Shown here: positions 19,310-30,217 of the stretch, one piece after another
How the letters are laid out: each line of letters starts with the position of its first letter
How positions within the stretch are numbered: position 1 is the stretch's first letter
Assembly (NCBI GenBank): GCA_001683985.1
Contig: MAEO01000181.1
Span: 4,939-68,938, forward strand
From: Smithella sp. M82
Lineage (GTDB): Bacteria > Desulfobacterota > Syntrophia > Syntrophales > Smithellaceae
DNA length: 64,000 nucleotides
Direction: 5' to 3'
Made by a program: the position numbers and the translations under genes
Notes under the pieces: generated by a model
Database searches by the model: none
Told to the model about the DNA's origin: nothing
The model's input: the letters and a program-made list of their open reading frames with translations, nothing else

Positions 19310-21015
19310 AGTAAAATTCGCCGTTAATGGAATGACTTGTGCTTCGTGTGTAAGTCGCATTGAAGAGGGTTTGCGTCAAACTACGGGTGTATCTAAAGCG
19401 AATGTTAATTTCGCCTCGCAGAAGGCCATAGTTGAATATGATAGCAACAGAGTTAATGCAAAAGCATTGCAGGATAAAATAAATAATCTGGGCTATGAGG
19501 CTCTAATCGATACGTCCGGTTCAGATCAGGAAAAAGCCATTATTTCCGTAGGCGGAATGACCTGTGCCGCCTGTGTGCGGCGTGTAGAAAATGCACTAAA
19601 TTCGGTGGAAGGTGTAGTGGAGAGCAGTGTCAACTTAACTACAGGCCGTGCCACAGTTATCCATTCGGCCGAAGGGAGCGGCCTTACGGAACTGGAAAAA
19701 GTTGTAACCGGGAATGGTTATGAATTTTTAGGTGAACTCAAAGATAATCTTGCCGATCCCCTTGAAGCTTCCCGCATAAAAGAACTCAACGAACTTAAAT
19801 TAAAAGTAAGCTGCGGCGCGATACTAAGCTTTATCATTTTCATGGGTTCAATGCAGCGCTGGTTTGGTTTTCTGGATTTTATTCCGCGACAAATCATGCT
19901 TTGGGTGATGTTTATTCTGACTGCTCCAGCAGTTTTTTGGGTAGGCAGCCGTTTTTTTATCGGCGCTTACAAAGCCGCGCGACAAAAAACATCCGACATG
20001 AACACATTAGTTGCTGTCGGTGCTTTTTCGGCTTATGCCTATTCAGCGACGGCGACTTTCTTTCCGCGATTTTTTACTACTGCGGGAGTGATACCTCATG
20101 TTTATTTTGACGGCGCGGCAATGATAGTTACTCTTATACTTATAGGCAGGCTTCTGGAAGCTAAAGCCAAAGGAAGAACTTCTACGGCAATAAAAAAGTT
20201 GATGGGAATGAAGCCCCCAAAGGCGCATTTGATCATCAATAATGAAGAAACAGAAGTTGCTGTGGAAGAAATAAAAACAGGAGATATTTTAGTTGTCAAA
20301 CCGGGGGAGAGAATTCCTGTTGATGGAGTGGTTCTATCCGGTGAATCCACAATTGACGAATCAATGCTGACCGGCGAAAGCATGCCGGTAACTAAAGAAA
20401 AAGGACAAAAGGTGTTTGCGGCAACTATTAATAAGACAGGAAGTTTTATTTTCCGTGCGACAGGCGTAGGGGCTCAAACCGCTCTGGCGCAGATTATCCG
20501 TCTGGTAGAAGGAGCACAGGGTTCCAAAGCGCCTATTCAGCGTCTGGCGGATAAAGTTGCTTCCGTTTTTGTTCCTTCAGTTTTTATGGTTGCGTTTGTC
20601 ACGTTTGCTGTCTGGTATTTTCTACCCGCACAAAGTAATTTCAGTCGTGCATTGATTAATTTTGTTTCCGTACTGGTGATTGCCTGCCCCTGTGCTCTGG
20701 GACTGGCTACACCCACGGCAATCATGGTGGGTACAGGCCTGGGCGCTCAAAGTGGTATATTAATCAAAGGTGGCGAGGCGCTGGAAAAAAATTTACAAAC
20801 TGACAGTTGTCGTTTTCGATAAAACAGGAACCCTGACCAGGGGCGAACTGACCGTAACCGATATTATTGCTGCGGATGGATGTGATGAAGAGCAGGTCAT
20901 TGCTTATGCCGCGGCACTGGAGAAAAATTCCGAACATCCGCTGGCGCAGGCAATCGTGCAAAGAGCAAGAACCAGTGGAATTAATATTAAAGTACATGCC
21001 CGACTGGAAACATAG
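19299..21015 (+). pseudogene. copA: P1B-type Cu(I) ATPase CopA, frameshifted and 3'-truncated
   Basis: Two GMTCxxC domains, TGES, CPC; +1 A in the A7 run 20785-20791 shifts DKTGT to another frame; ends after SEHPLA with the P-domain remainder and last TM pair missing. Confidence 0.9.
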
Positions 21016-21125
21016 AAAAGAACGACTTGAGCGTGTGATAATTTAAAGTAGATGATGAGGCCGACCAGAGAAATATTTATTTAATCGCAGCAATAGCGAA
21101 TTGTTGAATTTCCAATGATAAATAA

Positions 21126-22478
21126 TTGTATATAGATGGAGTTATGGCAGATATTAAAAGGGCTTCAAAAAAAGAACTGTTCGGCTGGGCGATGTTTGAT
21201 TTTGCCAACTCGTCCTATACTACTGTCATTATCACCGTTGTCTTCTGCATCATATTTCCCAGAATCATTGTCGGAGACGGTCCTGAATATCGTATGGGTA
21301 ATCTTCTCTGGAGCACTTCCCTTTCCGTAAGCTATTTGATCGTCCTTTGTTCTGCGCCGCTTTTTGGAGCAATGATGGATTATACCGGATCCAAAAAGAA
21401 GTTTCTTTTCGGAAGCTGTTTTATAACAGTAATATCCACGGCAGCTCTTTATTTCGTCGGTCCGGGGAACATCCTGCCGGGGATGCTGCTGATTATTTTG
21501 TCTAATGTCGGTTTTTCCTATAGTGAATCTTTTGTATCCAGCTTTCTGCCGGATCTCGGCCCGCCTGAAGATCTGGGTAAGATTTCCGGTTATGCGTGGG
21601 GACTGGGATATTTCGGCGGATTGCTATCTACAGCCGTCGTGGTCTTCGGTCTTAACGCAGGTGTGTACACGATGGATAATTTTCCAAATTTGCGCATGGT
21701 CGGACCTGTAACAGGATTATTTTTCCTGATAGCCGCCATCCCGACTTTTCTATGGTTAAAAGAACATTCCCTTCCCAGAACTTTGCCAGGTAATGAAAAT
21801 TATTTTACTATCGGATTGAAAAGGTTGAGAAAGACTTTTTCGGACATTCGTGATTACAAGGATTTGATGGTTCTTCTGACATCTTTCTTCTTTGCCTATT
21901 GCGGTTTATCAATTGTAATTTCATTCGCCTTTATTTACGGAGACCAGGTTGTAAAATGGTCGGGGACGACGCAAATATTAATGTTCGTCATAACGCAGTT
22001 TACAGCCGCAGGGGGGGCATTTCTTTTCGGCTTCATTCAGGATAAATGGAAGGCCAAACAAACATTAATATTAACGCTTGTGATTTGGTTGATTACCGTG
22101 AGTTTGATTTACGGAGTTTCCGAAGCGACTTTTTTTATAAACAGTCTGATGGGAACTTCTTTTAAAGAGGAACATGTTTTTCTCTTTATCGGGTCATTTG
22201 CCGGACTCGGCCTCGGTTCAACCCAGTCGGCATGCCGGGCTATGGTCGGCCTTTTTTCGCCGGACACAAAAGCCGGAGAGTTTTTTGGCCTATGGGCTTT
22301 TGCGGGTCGTCTTTCTTCAATTTTCGGATTGATGAGTCTGGGATTGTTTCAGATTTTTTTCGGTCTACACAAAGCGATTCTTGTTTGTTCGGTTTTTTTC
22401 CTTATTGCAGTAATCGTCATCTTATTCGTCGATGAAGAACGGGGCAAGATGATCGCACTTAAACACTCCGGCGAATAG
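21126..22478 (+). CDS. MFS transporter, UMF1/Atg22-like (start uncertain)
   Basis: GWAMFDFANS, SGYAWGLGYFGG, EFFGLWAF.GR; about 12 TMs. Confidence 0.85.
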   Translation: MYIDGVMADIKRASKKELFGWAMFDFANSSYTTVIITVVFCIIFPRIIVGDGPEYRMGNLLWSTSLSVSYLIVLCSAPLFGAMMDYTGSKKKFLFGSCFITVISTAALYFVGPGNILPGMLLIILSNVGFSYSESFVSSFLPDLGPPEDLGKISGYAWGLGYFGGLLSTAVVVFGLNAGVYTMDNFPNLRMVGPVTGLFFLIAAIPTFLWLKEHSLPRTLPGNENYFTIGLKRLRKTFSDIRDYKDLMVLLTSFFFAYCGLSIVISFAFIYGDQVVKWSGTTQILMFVITQFTAAGGAFLFGFIQDKWKAKQTLILTLVIWLITVSLIYGVSEATFFINSLMGTSFKEEHVFLFIGSFAGLGLGSTQSACRAMVGLFSPDTKAGEFFGLWAFAGRLSSIFGLMSLGLFQIFFGLHKAILVCSVFFLIAVIVILFVDEERGKMIALKHSGE

Positions 22479-22502
22479 ATAATAATATGCACCCATACAG
22501 AA

Positions 22503-22681
22503 GTAGGGATCGTTCCCCGAACGATCCGACTACAGGAATCCACGGATTCACGAAACCAAAGACCTGATGATCGTTCCCCGAACGATCCGACTACAGGAAT
22601 CCACGGATTCACGAAACCAAAGACCTGATGATCGTTCCCCGAACGATCCGACCGGCGGCGCATTCGGGGAATGCGCCCTAC
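22503..22681. repeat. GTAG-family REP doublet (REPIN) with internal 61-bp tandem amplification
   Basis: GTAGGGATCGTTCCCCGAACGATCC on + and GTAGGGCGCATTCCCCGAATGCGCC on -; 61-bp unit at 22508, 22569 and partial at 22630. Confidence 0.85.
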
Positions 22682-22783
22682 ATTCCGGAACCGTAACCTA
22701 AGAGGCGTTGCCGGAATAACCGACATTGCATAGTTTAAAAAGATTGTATCCGTTATTATATTAAAGCAGATTAAGGCAATCTT

Positions 22784-23239
22784 ATGAACGGTATTCGAGC
22801 AAATATTGATTCCGACAAATCGATAGATGTTTTGCTCCATGTTATTAAAGAGGTGGTTGCCGAGCTTCATCCATCCTGGCCGAAAACCGGAAAGATCTTG
22901 CCGGAAAGTTTGCTTACACAGGACCTGGGACTGGACAGCCTGGCACGTGTTGAATTGCTTACCCGTGTTGAAAGAAGTTTTGGTGTCACACTTGAGGAAA
23001 AAATATTTATCGATGCGGAAACACCTCGGGATCTCTGGCAGGCAATTATCAAGGCCAGTCCTTCCTTAAAACCTGTCGCGGCCGGCAAAATCAGGGAAGT
23101 AGAAATTGAAGACACACCTGATTGGCAACAGATTAATTGGTGGAAAGATCAACTTAAATCTGCTGTGCTGATGTCAAACATTCAACTTGTAAATTTAATC
23201 ATTAGTTCTGAATGGCCGGTAATGAACTTGTGCATTTGA
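22784..23239 (+). pseudogene. ACP domain stub, probably of an ACP/AMP-ligase/acyltransferase fusion
   Basis: DLGLDSLARVEL phosphopantetheine motif, then loss of recognisable similarity after ~110 aa. Confidence 0.65.
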
Positions 23240-23284
23240 AATAGTTGGAAATGTATCTGTTTGCTTAGTGTTTTTATTATAAAT

Positions 23285-24130
23285 TTATTTATCGGTCTTA
23301 AAATAAGGCAACGCCATCTGTATTTTCTTCAGCGCCTGTTTTTCAAGCTGGCGTGCCCGTTCACGCGATATATTATATTTTAATCCTATCTCCTGTAGAG
23401 TCTGGGGATCATCGGCCATTACACGGTTAAGAATAATGTAGCTTTCTCTTTCGTTTAATTTTGCCAGAGCCCCGGCGATATCGCGTCGAATTAAGCTCCT
23501 TTCTTCATCTTTAATTAAAGATGACTCCTGATCTTCGCCTTCGTAAGTGAGGAAATCAATATGTGAATTATCGCCGTCTTCTTTGATGAATTCATTCAGT
23601 GAGACATCCCGTGAACCAAGACGCAATTCCATTTCTGCCACTTCGGAGTCTTTAACTCCCAGTAACGAAGCGATTTCGTCAAACTCAGGATTTTTTTTCG
23701 AAAGGGTTTCCAGTTCCTTTCTTGTTTGATTTAATTTGAAAAACAGTTTCCTTTGCGCCTGTGTTGTACCTATTTTGACAATGCTCCATGATTTAATCAG
23801 GTAATTCTGAATATATGCCCGAATCCACCACACCGCATAAGAAATCAAGCGATAGCCTTTGTAAGGATCGAATTTTTTCACAGCATGAATGAGACCAACA
23901 TTGCCTTCCTGAATTAAATCAGCCAGCTTAAATCCATAGTTGCGGTATTCATGGGCGATCTTAACGACAAAACGCAAATTAGAAACGATTAACTTTTCTG
24001 CGGCATCAACGTTGCCGTACTTTTTCAATTGCACGGCAAGCCTGAATTCCTCTTCCGCAGATAAAAGAGGAAACCGATTGATTTCGGCTATGTATAAATC
24101 AAGCGTGCCGGTTTGTACTGGTAGTTTCAA
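23285..24130 (-). CDS. rpoH: RNA polymerase sigma-32 factor
   Basis: DLIQEGNVGL, YAVWWIRAYI, RpoH box QRKLFF, SRERARQLE. Confidence 0.9.
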   Translation of the reverse strand: MKLPVQTGTLDLYIAEINRFPLLSAEEEFRLAVQLKKYGNVDAAEKLIVSNLRFVVKIAHEYRNYGFKLADLIQEGNVGLIHAVKKFDPYKGYRLISYAVWWIRAYIQNYLIKSWSIVKIGTTQAQRKLFFKLNQTRKELETLSKKNPEFDEIASLLGVKDSEVAEMELRLGSRDVSLNEFIKEDGDNSHIDFLTYEGEDQESSLIKDEERSLIRRDIAGALAKLNERESYIILNRVMADDPQTLQEIGLKYNISRERARQLEKQALKKIQMALPYFKTDK

Positions 24131-24197
24131 CTTTTAATTCTCCCATTAATTTATCCAAACCTAAATTTTATCCAACTATAATTCCCCGGTCAAGATA

Positions 24198-24400
24198 ATA
24201 ATGAGGCTCCAATTCCGAAAGTGAAACGCATCGGAATTGGTAAGCCGAATTATGCCCGAAACGAAGTAAATGGGTATAATGAGACAAGCTGAAGACGAAT
24301 GAAATGAAGTCTGAAGCGTAAATCGAATTATCCAATCCCAATAGATCGTGATTGGAAATTATCCTACGAGCATAACGACATGGAGATAATTAGGCTCGCT
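24198..24400. other. Periodic multi-hairpin element (candidate structured RNA/ssDNA)
   Basis: ATAATGAG at 24198 and 24276, ATAATTAG at 24386; CGAATTAT at 24246 and 24324; stems CCAATTCCGA/TCGGAATTGG, TTATGCCC/GGGTATAA, TCCAATC/GATTGGA. Confidence 0.55.
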
Positions 24401-24472
24401 TACCGTATGAAGGGATATTCCAAATATTTAATAAAGTGTATTTTAATTAGTGATTTTTTGGCTGATCCCTCC

Positions 24473-24501
24473 TTGACAGAGGCCTTAATTGTGCTTATTC
24501 T
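24473..24501 (+). promoter_or_regulatory. Sigma70-like promoter for the cyclase-clpB-htpX operon
   Basis: TTGACA-17 bp-TATTCT, 27 nt before the ATG. Confidence 0.6.
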
Positions 24502-24528
24502 AAGAGAAATTCAAAATAGGGTGAATTA

Positions 24529-25401
24529 ATGAAATCAATAAATAAAATAATGATAGAACATGCTTTAAAGATAGCTCATGAAATAAAAGCCAACGCTCTT
24601 CTTGTGTCTGTGGATGTCATCAGCGATACCAGTCTGATAACGGATGAAATAAAAAAAGACATGACTTTTATCATTGTTTCACGAGAAGATGAAGTGATAT
24701 CTGAAGATATGAAGAAGAACGCTCATATATTATTGATTCCCAATGTTAATTTGACTCGTGTGGGAAAAATTAAAATTGCCGTCGCCAAGGGAATAGTTCT
24801 GGGAATTCTGAGAAGAGGCGATAAAGTAGTTTGTTTAAGCGGAGTTCCCCGATTCGGCTATGCCGACAGCATTTTTGTTATTGATGTGGGAAGAGAATTT
24901 GAGATTCTGACTTCCGATTTTATTAATGATGTGATTGAAAATGTTCGTCCGGAAGTTTTCAATGCTGTCTTGAATATTGCCTGTGAACTGGCCGCTCAGG
25001 GCAGAGAAAGCAAAAAGGTAGGAACTATATTTGTTCTGGGTGATGATGAAAAAGTCATGCAGCTTTCCCGTCAGATGATTATCAATCCGTTTTCAGGATA
25101 TTCGGAAGAGCAACTCAATATTTTGAATCCGGAACTGGAGGAAACAATCAAGGAACTTTCAGCAATCGACGGAGCTTTCATTATTAAGGAAAATGGTGTG
25201 CTGGTGACCGCCGGAAGGCATCTGAGCGCCGCTTTGGACAGCAAGGAATTTCCTCCCGGTCTGGGCAGCCGTCATATCGCCGCCGCCGGTATTACCAGTG
25301 TGACCAAGGCCGTTGCCATAGTAATTTCGGAATCTTCGGGAAACGTAACTGTTTTCAAAAACGGTAAACTGTTTGTGACAATTGAAAAACCCGTGGAGTA
25401 A
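24529..25401 (+). CDS. Diadenylate cyclase (DisA_N/DAC domain, CdaZ-type with N-terminal PK_C-like domain)
   Basis: AIDGAF (DGA) and LGSRHIAAA; E..KVGTIFV. Confidence 0.85.
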   Translation: MKSINKIMIEHALKIAHEIKANALLVSVDVISDTSLITDEIKKDMTFIIVSREDEVISEDMKKNAHILLIPNVNLTRVGKIKIAVAKGIVLGILRRGDKVVCLSGVPRFGYADSIFVIDVGREFEILTSDFINDVIENVRPEVFNAVLNIACELAAQGRESKKVGTIFVLGDDEKVMQLSRQMIINPFSGYSEEQLNILNPELEETIKELSAIDGAFIIKENGVLVTAGRHLSAALDSKEFPPGLGSRHIAAAGITSVTKAVAIVISESSGNVTVFKNGKLFVTIEKPVE

Positions 25402-25410
25402 GAGGAGAGT

Positions 25411-27999
25411 ATGCGTTTTGACAAATTTACCTTAAAAGTTCAGGAAGCTCTTCAGGAGGCACAGTCTCTGGCCGGTTCTCTGGGACATCAATCAATTGAA
25501 CCGGAACATCTGCTTGTTTGTTTTTTAAGACAGGAAGACGGTATTGCTGATGCTATTATCAACAAACTTAACGCTTCACCTCAAAAGATTGAAAAAGAAC
25601 TGAATAGTTATCTTAAAAAACAGCCGAGCGTTGGCGGTACCGGCGCAGGTCAAGTCTATCTGAGCGGTAGGCTCAATAAAATATTCGACAAGGCAATGAC
25701 TGAAGCGGCACAACTCAAAGACGAATATGTAAGCGCCGAACATGTGCTTGTGGCCGTTGCCGAAGAGAAAGAAGGACAGGCCGGCAAAATCCTGCGTCAG
25801 GCAGGCATTACCAAGGATAGTATCTTTAATGTGCTTAAGGATATTCGGGGCAATCAGCGTGTAACCGATCCCAATCCGGAAGGTAAATATCAGGCGCTTG
25901 AGCGTTATGCGCGGGATTTCAACGAACTGGCCAAAAAGGGAGCTTTCGATCCGGTCATCGGACGCGATGAAGAAATACGCCGGATAATGCAGGTACTTTC
26001 CCGTCGTACAAAAAACAATCCGGTGCTGATCGGTGAACCAGGTGTCGGTAAAACGGCTATTGTGGAAGGTTTGGCTCAGCGTATTGTTAATGGTGATGTG
26101 CCGGAAAATTTGAAGAACAAACGCGTTATCGGACTGGACATCGGTGCGCTGGTGGCCGGTGCGAAATACCGCGGTGAATTTGAAGAGCGGTTAAAAGCTG
26201 TATTGAAAGAAGTTATCAGCGCCGAAGGTGAGATAATTCTTTTTATAGATGAAATTCATACGATGGTCGGAGCAGGCGCTGCCGAAGGTTCTATGGATGC
26301 TTCAAATATGCTCAAGCCGGCTCTGGCGCGCGGCGAGCTGCGTTGTGTAGGCGCTACAACATTGAACGAGTATCGCAAGTACATAGAGAAAGATGCCGCT
26401 TTGGAGCGTCGTTTCCAGCCGGTATTGGTCAAGGAACCGACGGTTGAAGATACAATTGCCATTCTGCGCGGTTTGAAAGAGCGTTATTCGGTTCATCACA
26501 GAGTCGGCATCAAGGATTCGGCAATAGTTGCCGCTGCGACGCTTTCCAACCGTTATATAACCGACCGGTTTCTTCCGGATAAAGCCGTAGACCTGATTGA
26601 CGAAGCGGCATCCCGTTTGAAGATAGAACTGGACAGCAAGCCTTCGGAAATCGATGCCATTGACAGACGAATAATTCAATTGGAAATTGAGAAGCAGTCG
26701 TTGAAAAAAGAGACGGATAAAACGGCAAAAGAACGCCGTGATAAGATTGAAAAGGAACTGGCCGAACTTAAATCCAAGGTTGACCAGATGAAGACACGCT
26801 GGTCGACGGAAAAAGATATAATCAATAAAATTCAGGATGCTAAAAAACAGATAGAATCCTTAAAAATTGAGGAGGCTAATGCTCAGCGCGAGGGTAATCT
26901 GGAAAAAGCCGCTGAAATCCGGTACGGTAAACTGGTTTCGCTAGATAAAGATCTGCAGAAAGAACAGAAAAAACTCGAAGATCTTCAAAAGAACAATCAG
27001 ATGCTCAAAGAAGAAGTGGATGCGGAGGATGTGGCTGAAGTTGTTTCCAGTTGGACAGGTATTCCGCTTTCCCGGATGATGGAAAGCGATGTACAGAAGC
27101 TGATACACATGGAAGAACGCCTCAAAATGCGGGTTATCGGTCAGGATGAAGGTGTTAATGCAATTTCTGCTGCTCTACGCCGTGCGCGATCAGGCCTGCA
27201 GGATCCTAATCGACCTATCGGATCATTTATTTTTCTGGGGCCGACCGGTGTAGGAAAAACAGAACTGGCGCGGGCTCTGGCGGAATTCATGTTTGATAAT
27301 GAACACGCAATGATTAGAATTGATATGTCGGAGTATATGGAAAAACACGCTGTCGCCCGTCTGATTGGCGCTCCGCCCGGTTATGTCGGCTATGACGAAG
27401 GAGGTTATCTGACTGAATCTGTGCGACGTAAACCTTACAGTGTTTTACTTTTTGACGAAATTGAAAAAGCTCATCCCGATGTATTTAATATTTTATTGCA
27501 GATACTGGATGATGGTCGCTTGACTGATGGGCACGGTCGGACGGTTGATTTTAAAAATACCGTAGTGATCATGACATCCAATGTGGGTAGTCAGTGGATT
27601 CAGGATCCCGCGTTGACTGATGAGGAGAAAAAGAATCTTTCAATGGAAGCATTGCGGGCGACATTCAAGCCGGAATTCTTAAATAGAATAGACGACACAA
27701 TTATGTTCGCCGCACTGAAGTTGGAAGATATCTGCAAGATTGTTGATATTCAGCTGGGACTTATTGATAGACGGCTTAAGGAACGCAAGATGAGCATTGA
27801 ATTGACAGAAAAAGCTAAAAATTATATAGCCGAACAGGGTTACAGTCCTGTTTACGGCGCCCGGCCTTTGAAGCGTTCACTGCAAAAACTTATTCTTGAT
27901 CCGCTGGCCATGGATATTCTAGCCGGTAAATTTGTTGAAGGTGATAATATTTTAATCGATATTTCCAAAAAAGATGAAATAACTTTAATCAGGAAGTAA
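25411..27999 (+). CDS. clpB: Chaperone ClpB
   Basis: Clp-N repeats, GEPGVGKT, coiled-coil middle domain, [15 protein letters not shown]. Confidence 0.97.
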   Translation: MRFDKFTLKVQEALQEAQSLAGSLGHQSIEPEHLLVCFLRQEDGIADAIINKLNASPQKIEKELNSYLKKQPSVGGTGAGQVYLSGRLNKIFDKAMTEAAQLKDEYVSAEHVLVAVAEEKEGQAGKILRQAGITKDSIFNVLKDIRGNQRVTDPNPEGKYQALERYARDFNELAKKGAFDPVIGRDEEIRRIMQVLSRRTKNNPVLIGEPGVGKTAIVEGLAQRIVNGDVPENLKNKRVIGLDIGALVAGAKYRGEFEERLKAVLKEVISAEGEIILFIDEIHTMVGAGAAEGSMDASNMLKPALARGELRCVGATTLNEYRKYIEKDAALERRFQPVLVKEPTVEDTIAILRGLKERYSVHHRVGIKDSAIVAAATLSNRYITDRFLPDKAVDLIDEAASRLKIELDSKPSEIDAIDRRIIQLEIEKQSLKKETDKTAKERRDKIEKELAELKSKVDQMKTRWSTEKDIINKIQDAKKQIESLKIEEANAQREGNLEKAAEIRYGKLVSLDKDLQKEQKKLEDLQKNNQMLKEEVDAEDVAEVVSSWTGIPLSRMMESDVQKLIHMEERLKMRVIGQDEGVNAISAALRRARSGLQDPNRPIGSFIFLGPTGVGKTELARALAEFMFDNEHAMIRIDMSEYMEKHAVARLIGAPPGYVGYDEGGYLTESVRRKPYSVLLFDEIEKAHPDVFNILLQILDDGRLTDGHGRTVDFKNTVVIMTSNVGSQWIQDPALTDEEKKNLSMEALRATFKPEFLNRIDDTIMFAALKLEDICKIVDIQLGLIDRRLKERKMSIELTEKAKNYIAEQGYSPVYGARPLKRSLQKLILDPLAMDILAGKFVEGDNILIDISKKDEITLIRK

Positions 28000-28022
28000 C
28001 AAATAAAAAAGGAGTAGAAATA

Positions 28023-28874
28023 ATGAAAAACTCGATAAAAACCGTTCTCTTGCTGGGAGCGTTGACAGGATTGTTAATGTTTATCGGCGGTGCGATAGGC
28101 GGCAGGGGAGGCATTTATATTGCTTTTATTTTCGCCGTAATTTTAAATTTCGGCAGTTACTGGTTTTCCGACAAAATTGTTTTAAAAATGTACAGGGCTC
28201 AGGAGGTATCCGAAAGTGCGGCACCCGAGCTTTACAGTATAGTCCGCACTCTGGCCTTGAAAGCTCAGTTGCCGATGCCTCGCGTTTATATCATTCCGGA
28301 GGAAACACCGAACGCCTTTGCCACCGGCCGCAATCCAAGTCACGCGGTTGTAGCCGTAACCGCAGGAATCATGCGCATCCTGAATAAAGAAGAACTTGAA
28401 GGTGTAATTTCTCATGAACTTTCACACATAAAAAACGGGGATATGCTCATTTCATCGATTGCCGCAACCATAGCCGGAGCAATTGGTATGCTGGCCAGCA
28501 TGGCTCAGTGGGCGGCTATTTTCGGAGGCGGACGCAGCGATGATGATGATGACCATGGTGGAATAATCGGTTTGATTGCCATGGCCATCTTTGCTCCTTT
28601 GGCTGCGGCAGTAATTCAAATGGCTATTTCCCGCTCCCGTGAATATCTGGCCGATGCCGGCGGTGCGAATATAACGAAAAATCCTTATGGATTGGCTTCT
28701 GCACTGGAAAAACTTTCCATGGCTTCACAAAAAATTCCGATGGATGCCAATCCGTCAACAGCACATTTGTTTATTGTCAATCCTCTGACGGGGAAATCTT
28801 TGATGAATCTTTTCAGCACTCATCCGCCGCTGGAGGATAGAATTGCCCGTTTAAGAAGTATGAAGCCATATTAA
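28023..28874 (+). CDS. htpX: Zinc metalloprotease HtpX
   Basis: [28 protein letters not shown]. Confidence 0.96.
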   Translation: MKNSIKTVLLLGALTGLLMFIGGAIGGRGGIYIAFIFAVILNFGSYWFSDKIVLKMYRAQEVSESAAPELYSIVRTLALKAQLPMPRVYIIPEETPNAFATGRNPSHAVVAVTAGIMRILNKEELEGVISHELSHIKNGDMLISSIAATIAGAIGMLASMAQWAAIFGGGRSDDDDDHGGIIGLIAMAIFAPLAAAVIQMAISRSREYLADAGGANITKNPYGLASALEKLSMASQKIPMDANPSTAHLFIVNPLTGKSLMNLFSTHPPLEDRIARLRSMKPY

Positions 28875-28912
28875 AAATAAATTTTCCGCACCGCAGCAAG
28901 GAGAAGAATTGT

Positions 28913-29320
28913 ATGGAAGAAGAAAAGAAAGGGTCGGGATTTGTAGTAAAGGATAAACGTCTTTTTGATGAAGAGGGCAAGGAGCGTGGGCAGGATGAAA
29001 AACCGTCTTTTGCTGCCGAAGAAAAGTCTGAAACCAGCAAAGGTTTCCCAGGTGAGCAGAAGCAGGAACACGATTATCCGCAAGTCAACTTTACAAATTT
29101 TGTCTTGTCGTTGAGTACCTCGGCTCTTTTTCATTTTGGAGATTTCCCCGAGTACGAAGGGGGAAAAGCAGAAAAAAACCTGCCGGCGGCAAAACAGACG
29201 ATAGATATTCTGGACATGCTCAATGAAAAGACTAAAGGAAATCTCGATAAAAATGAAAGCAGTTTAATCCAGGGAGTTCTTTACGAACTGAAGATGCGCT
29301 ACGTTAAAGAAAAGGCTTGA
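28913..29320 (+). CDS. DUF1844-domain protein
   Basis: AKQTIDILDML.EKTKGNL..E..L....LYELKMRYV. Confidence 0.85.
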   Translation: MEEEKKGSGFVVKDKRLFDEEGKERGQDEKPSFAAEEKSETSKGFPGEQKQEHDYPQVNFTNFVLSLSTSALFHFGDFPEYEGGKAEKNLPAAKQTIDILDMLNEKTKGNLDKNESSLIQGVLYELKMRYVKEKA

Positions 29321-29321
29321 A

Positions 29322-30161
29322 ATGCACTGGATTGCACCGGCGAAAATAAATATTTTCCTGCGGGTTTTAAATAAACGTGACGATGGCTGCCACAATATAT
29401 TTTCTTTAATGCAGAAAATCACTCTTTCTGATGAGCTGATTTTCTCGTCTGGTCCGAAGGGTATTGTTCTTCATTGCACCGGAATTAATTTACCGTCGAA
29501 TAATGAAAATCTGGTGGTTCGCGCCGCGAAGACAATTTTCGATTATTGTAATTACACCGGTGGAATAGAGATTACTCTCCACAAAAAAATACCCGTGACT
29601 GCCGGTCTTGGTGGAGGGAGTTCCGATGCCGCGACAACATTAATGGCTTTAAATAAAATATGTTCTTTTAAGCTGAAAAAAGATGAACTCATTAAAATTG
29701 GAGCAAAATTAGGGGCGGATGTCCCTTTTTTTATCTTTGGAAACGCGGCCTTAGCGTCAGGAATAGGTGATAAACTCAAACACTTACGAAAATTACCACA
29801 AATAGACCTCCTCTTGATAAAACCCCCTTTTGAACTGTCAACAAAAATGGTTTATGAAAGCCTCAATTTAAGATTGACAATGGGGAAAAATAGTTATAGC
29901 ATTCCCCAATTTTTGGTACTGAGCGACATCGTTCAAGAATTGCATAATGACTTGGAGTCAGTTTCGCTGAAGATTCATCCGGAACTGTCTGACTTAAAGA
30001 GTATGTTGCTCAGATTCGGTGCGCTTGGCGCATTGATGTCGGGTAGCGGACCAACAGTCTTTGGTATATTTAGGAATGCAAAAGAGGCAAAACATGCCTT
30101 GGAAGTTATAAAGAAAGAAATTTCCGATCAATATCTGCTCTTTCTTGCCCAGTCTTTGTAA
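29322..30161 (+). CDS. ispE: CDP-ME kinase
   Basis: APAKINIFL, KKIP..AGLGGGSSDAA, GADVPFF, MSGSGPTVF. Confidence 0.96.
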   Translation: MHWIAPAKINIFLRVLNKRDDGCHNIFSLMQKITLSDELIFSSGPKGIVLHCTGINLPSNNENLVVRAAKTIFDYCNYTGGIEITLHKKIPVTAGLGGGSSDAATTLMALNKICSFKLKKDELIKIGAKLGADVPFFIFGNAALASGIGDKLKHLRKLPQIDLLLIKPPFELSTKMVYESLNLRLTMGKNSYSIPQFLVLSDIVQELHNDLESVSLKIHPELSDLKSMLLRFGALGALMSGSGPTVFGIFRNAKEAKHALEVIKKEISDQYLLFLAQSL

Positions 30162-30217
30162 TTATTGCATCTTCCGCCTAAGATTGTAAGCGATACCCTT
30201 CATTCAAATAAGTAAAA

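Noticed and set aside
20785-20791. Programmed frameshift or phase variation in copA
   Set aside because: The shifted frame also stops at 21015 without the rest of the ATPase, so no functional product results
22508-22652. CRISPR-like array (23-bp palindromic repeat x3, 38-bp spacers)
   Set aside because: Both spacers are identical, there are no cas genes, and the GTAG...CTAC ends identify a REPIN with a tandem duplication
22349-22870. 173-aa minus-strand ORF
   Set aside because: Read-through of the REPIN and the antisense of the MFS gene; no recognisable domain
24289-24316. Hammerhead-ribozyme-like CTGAAGA...GAA
   Set aside because: No stem II directly after CUGANGA and no GAAA/NUH with stems I and III
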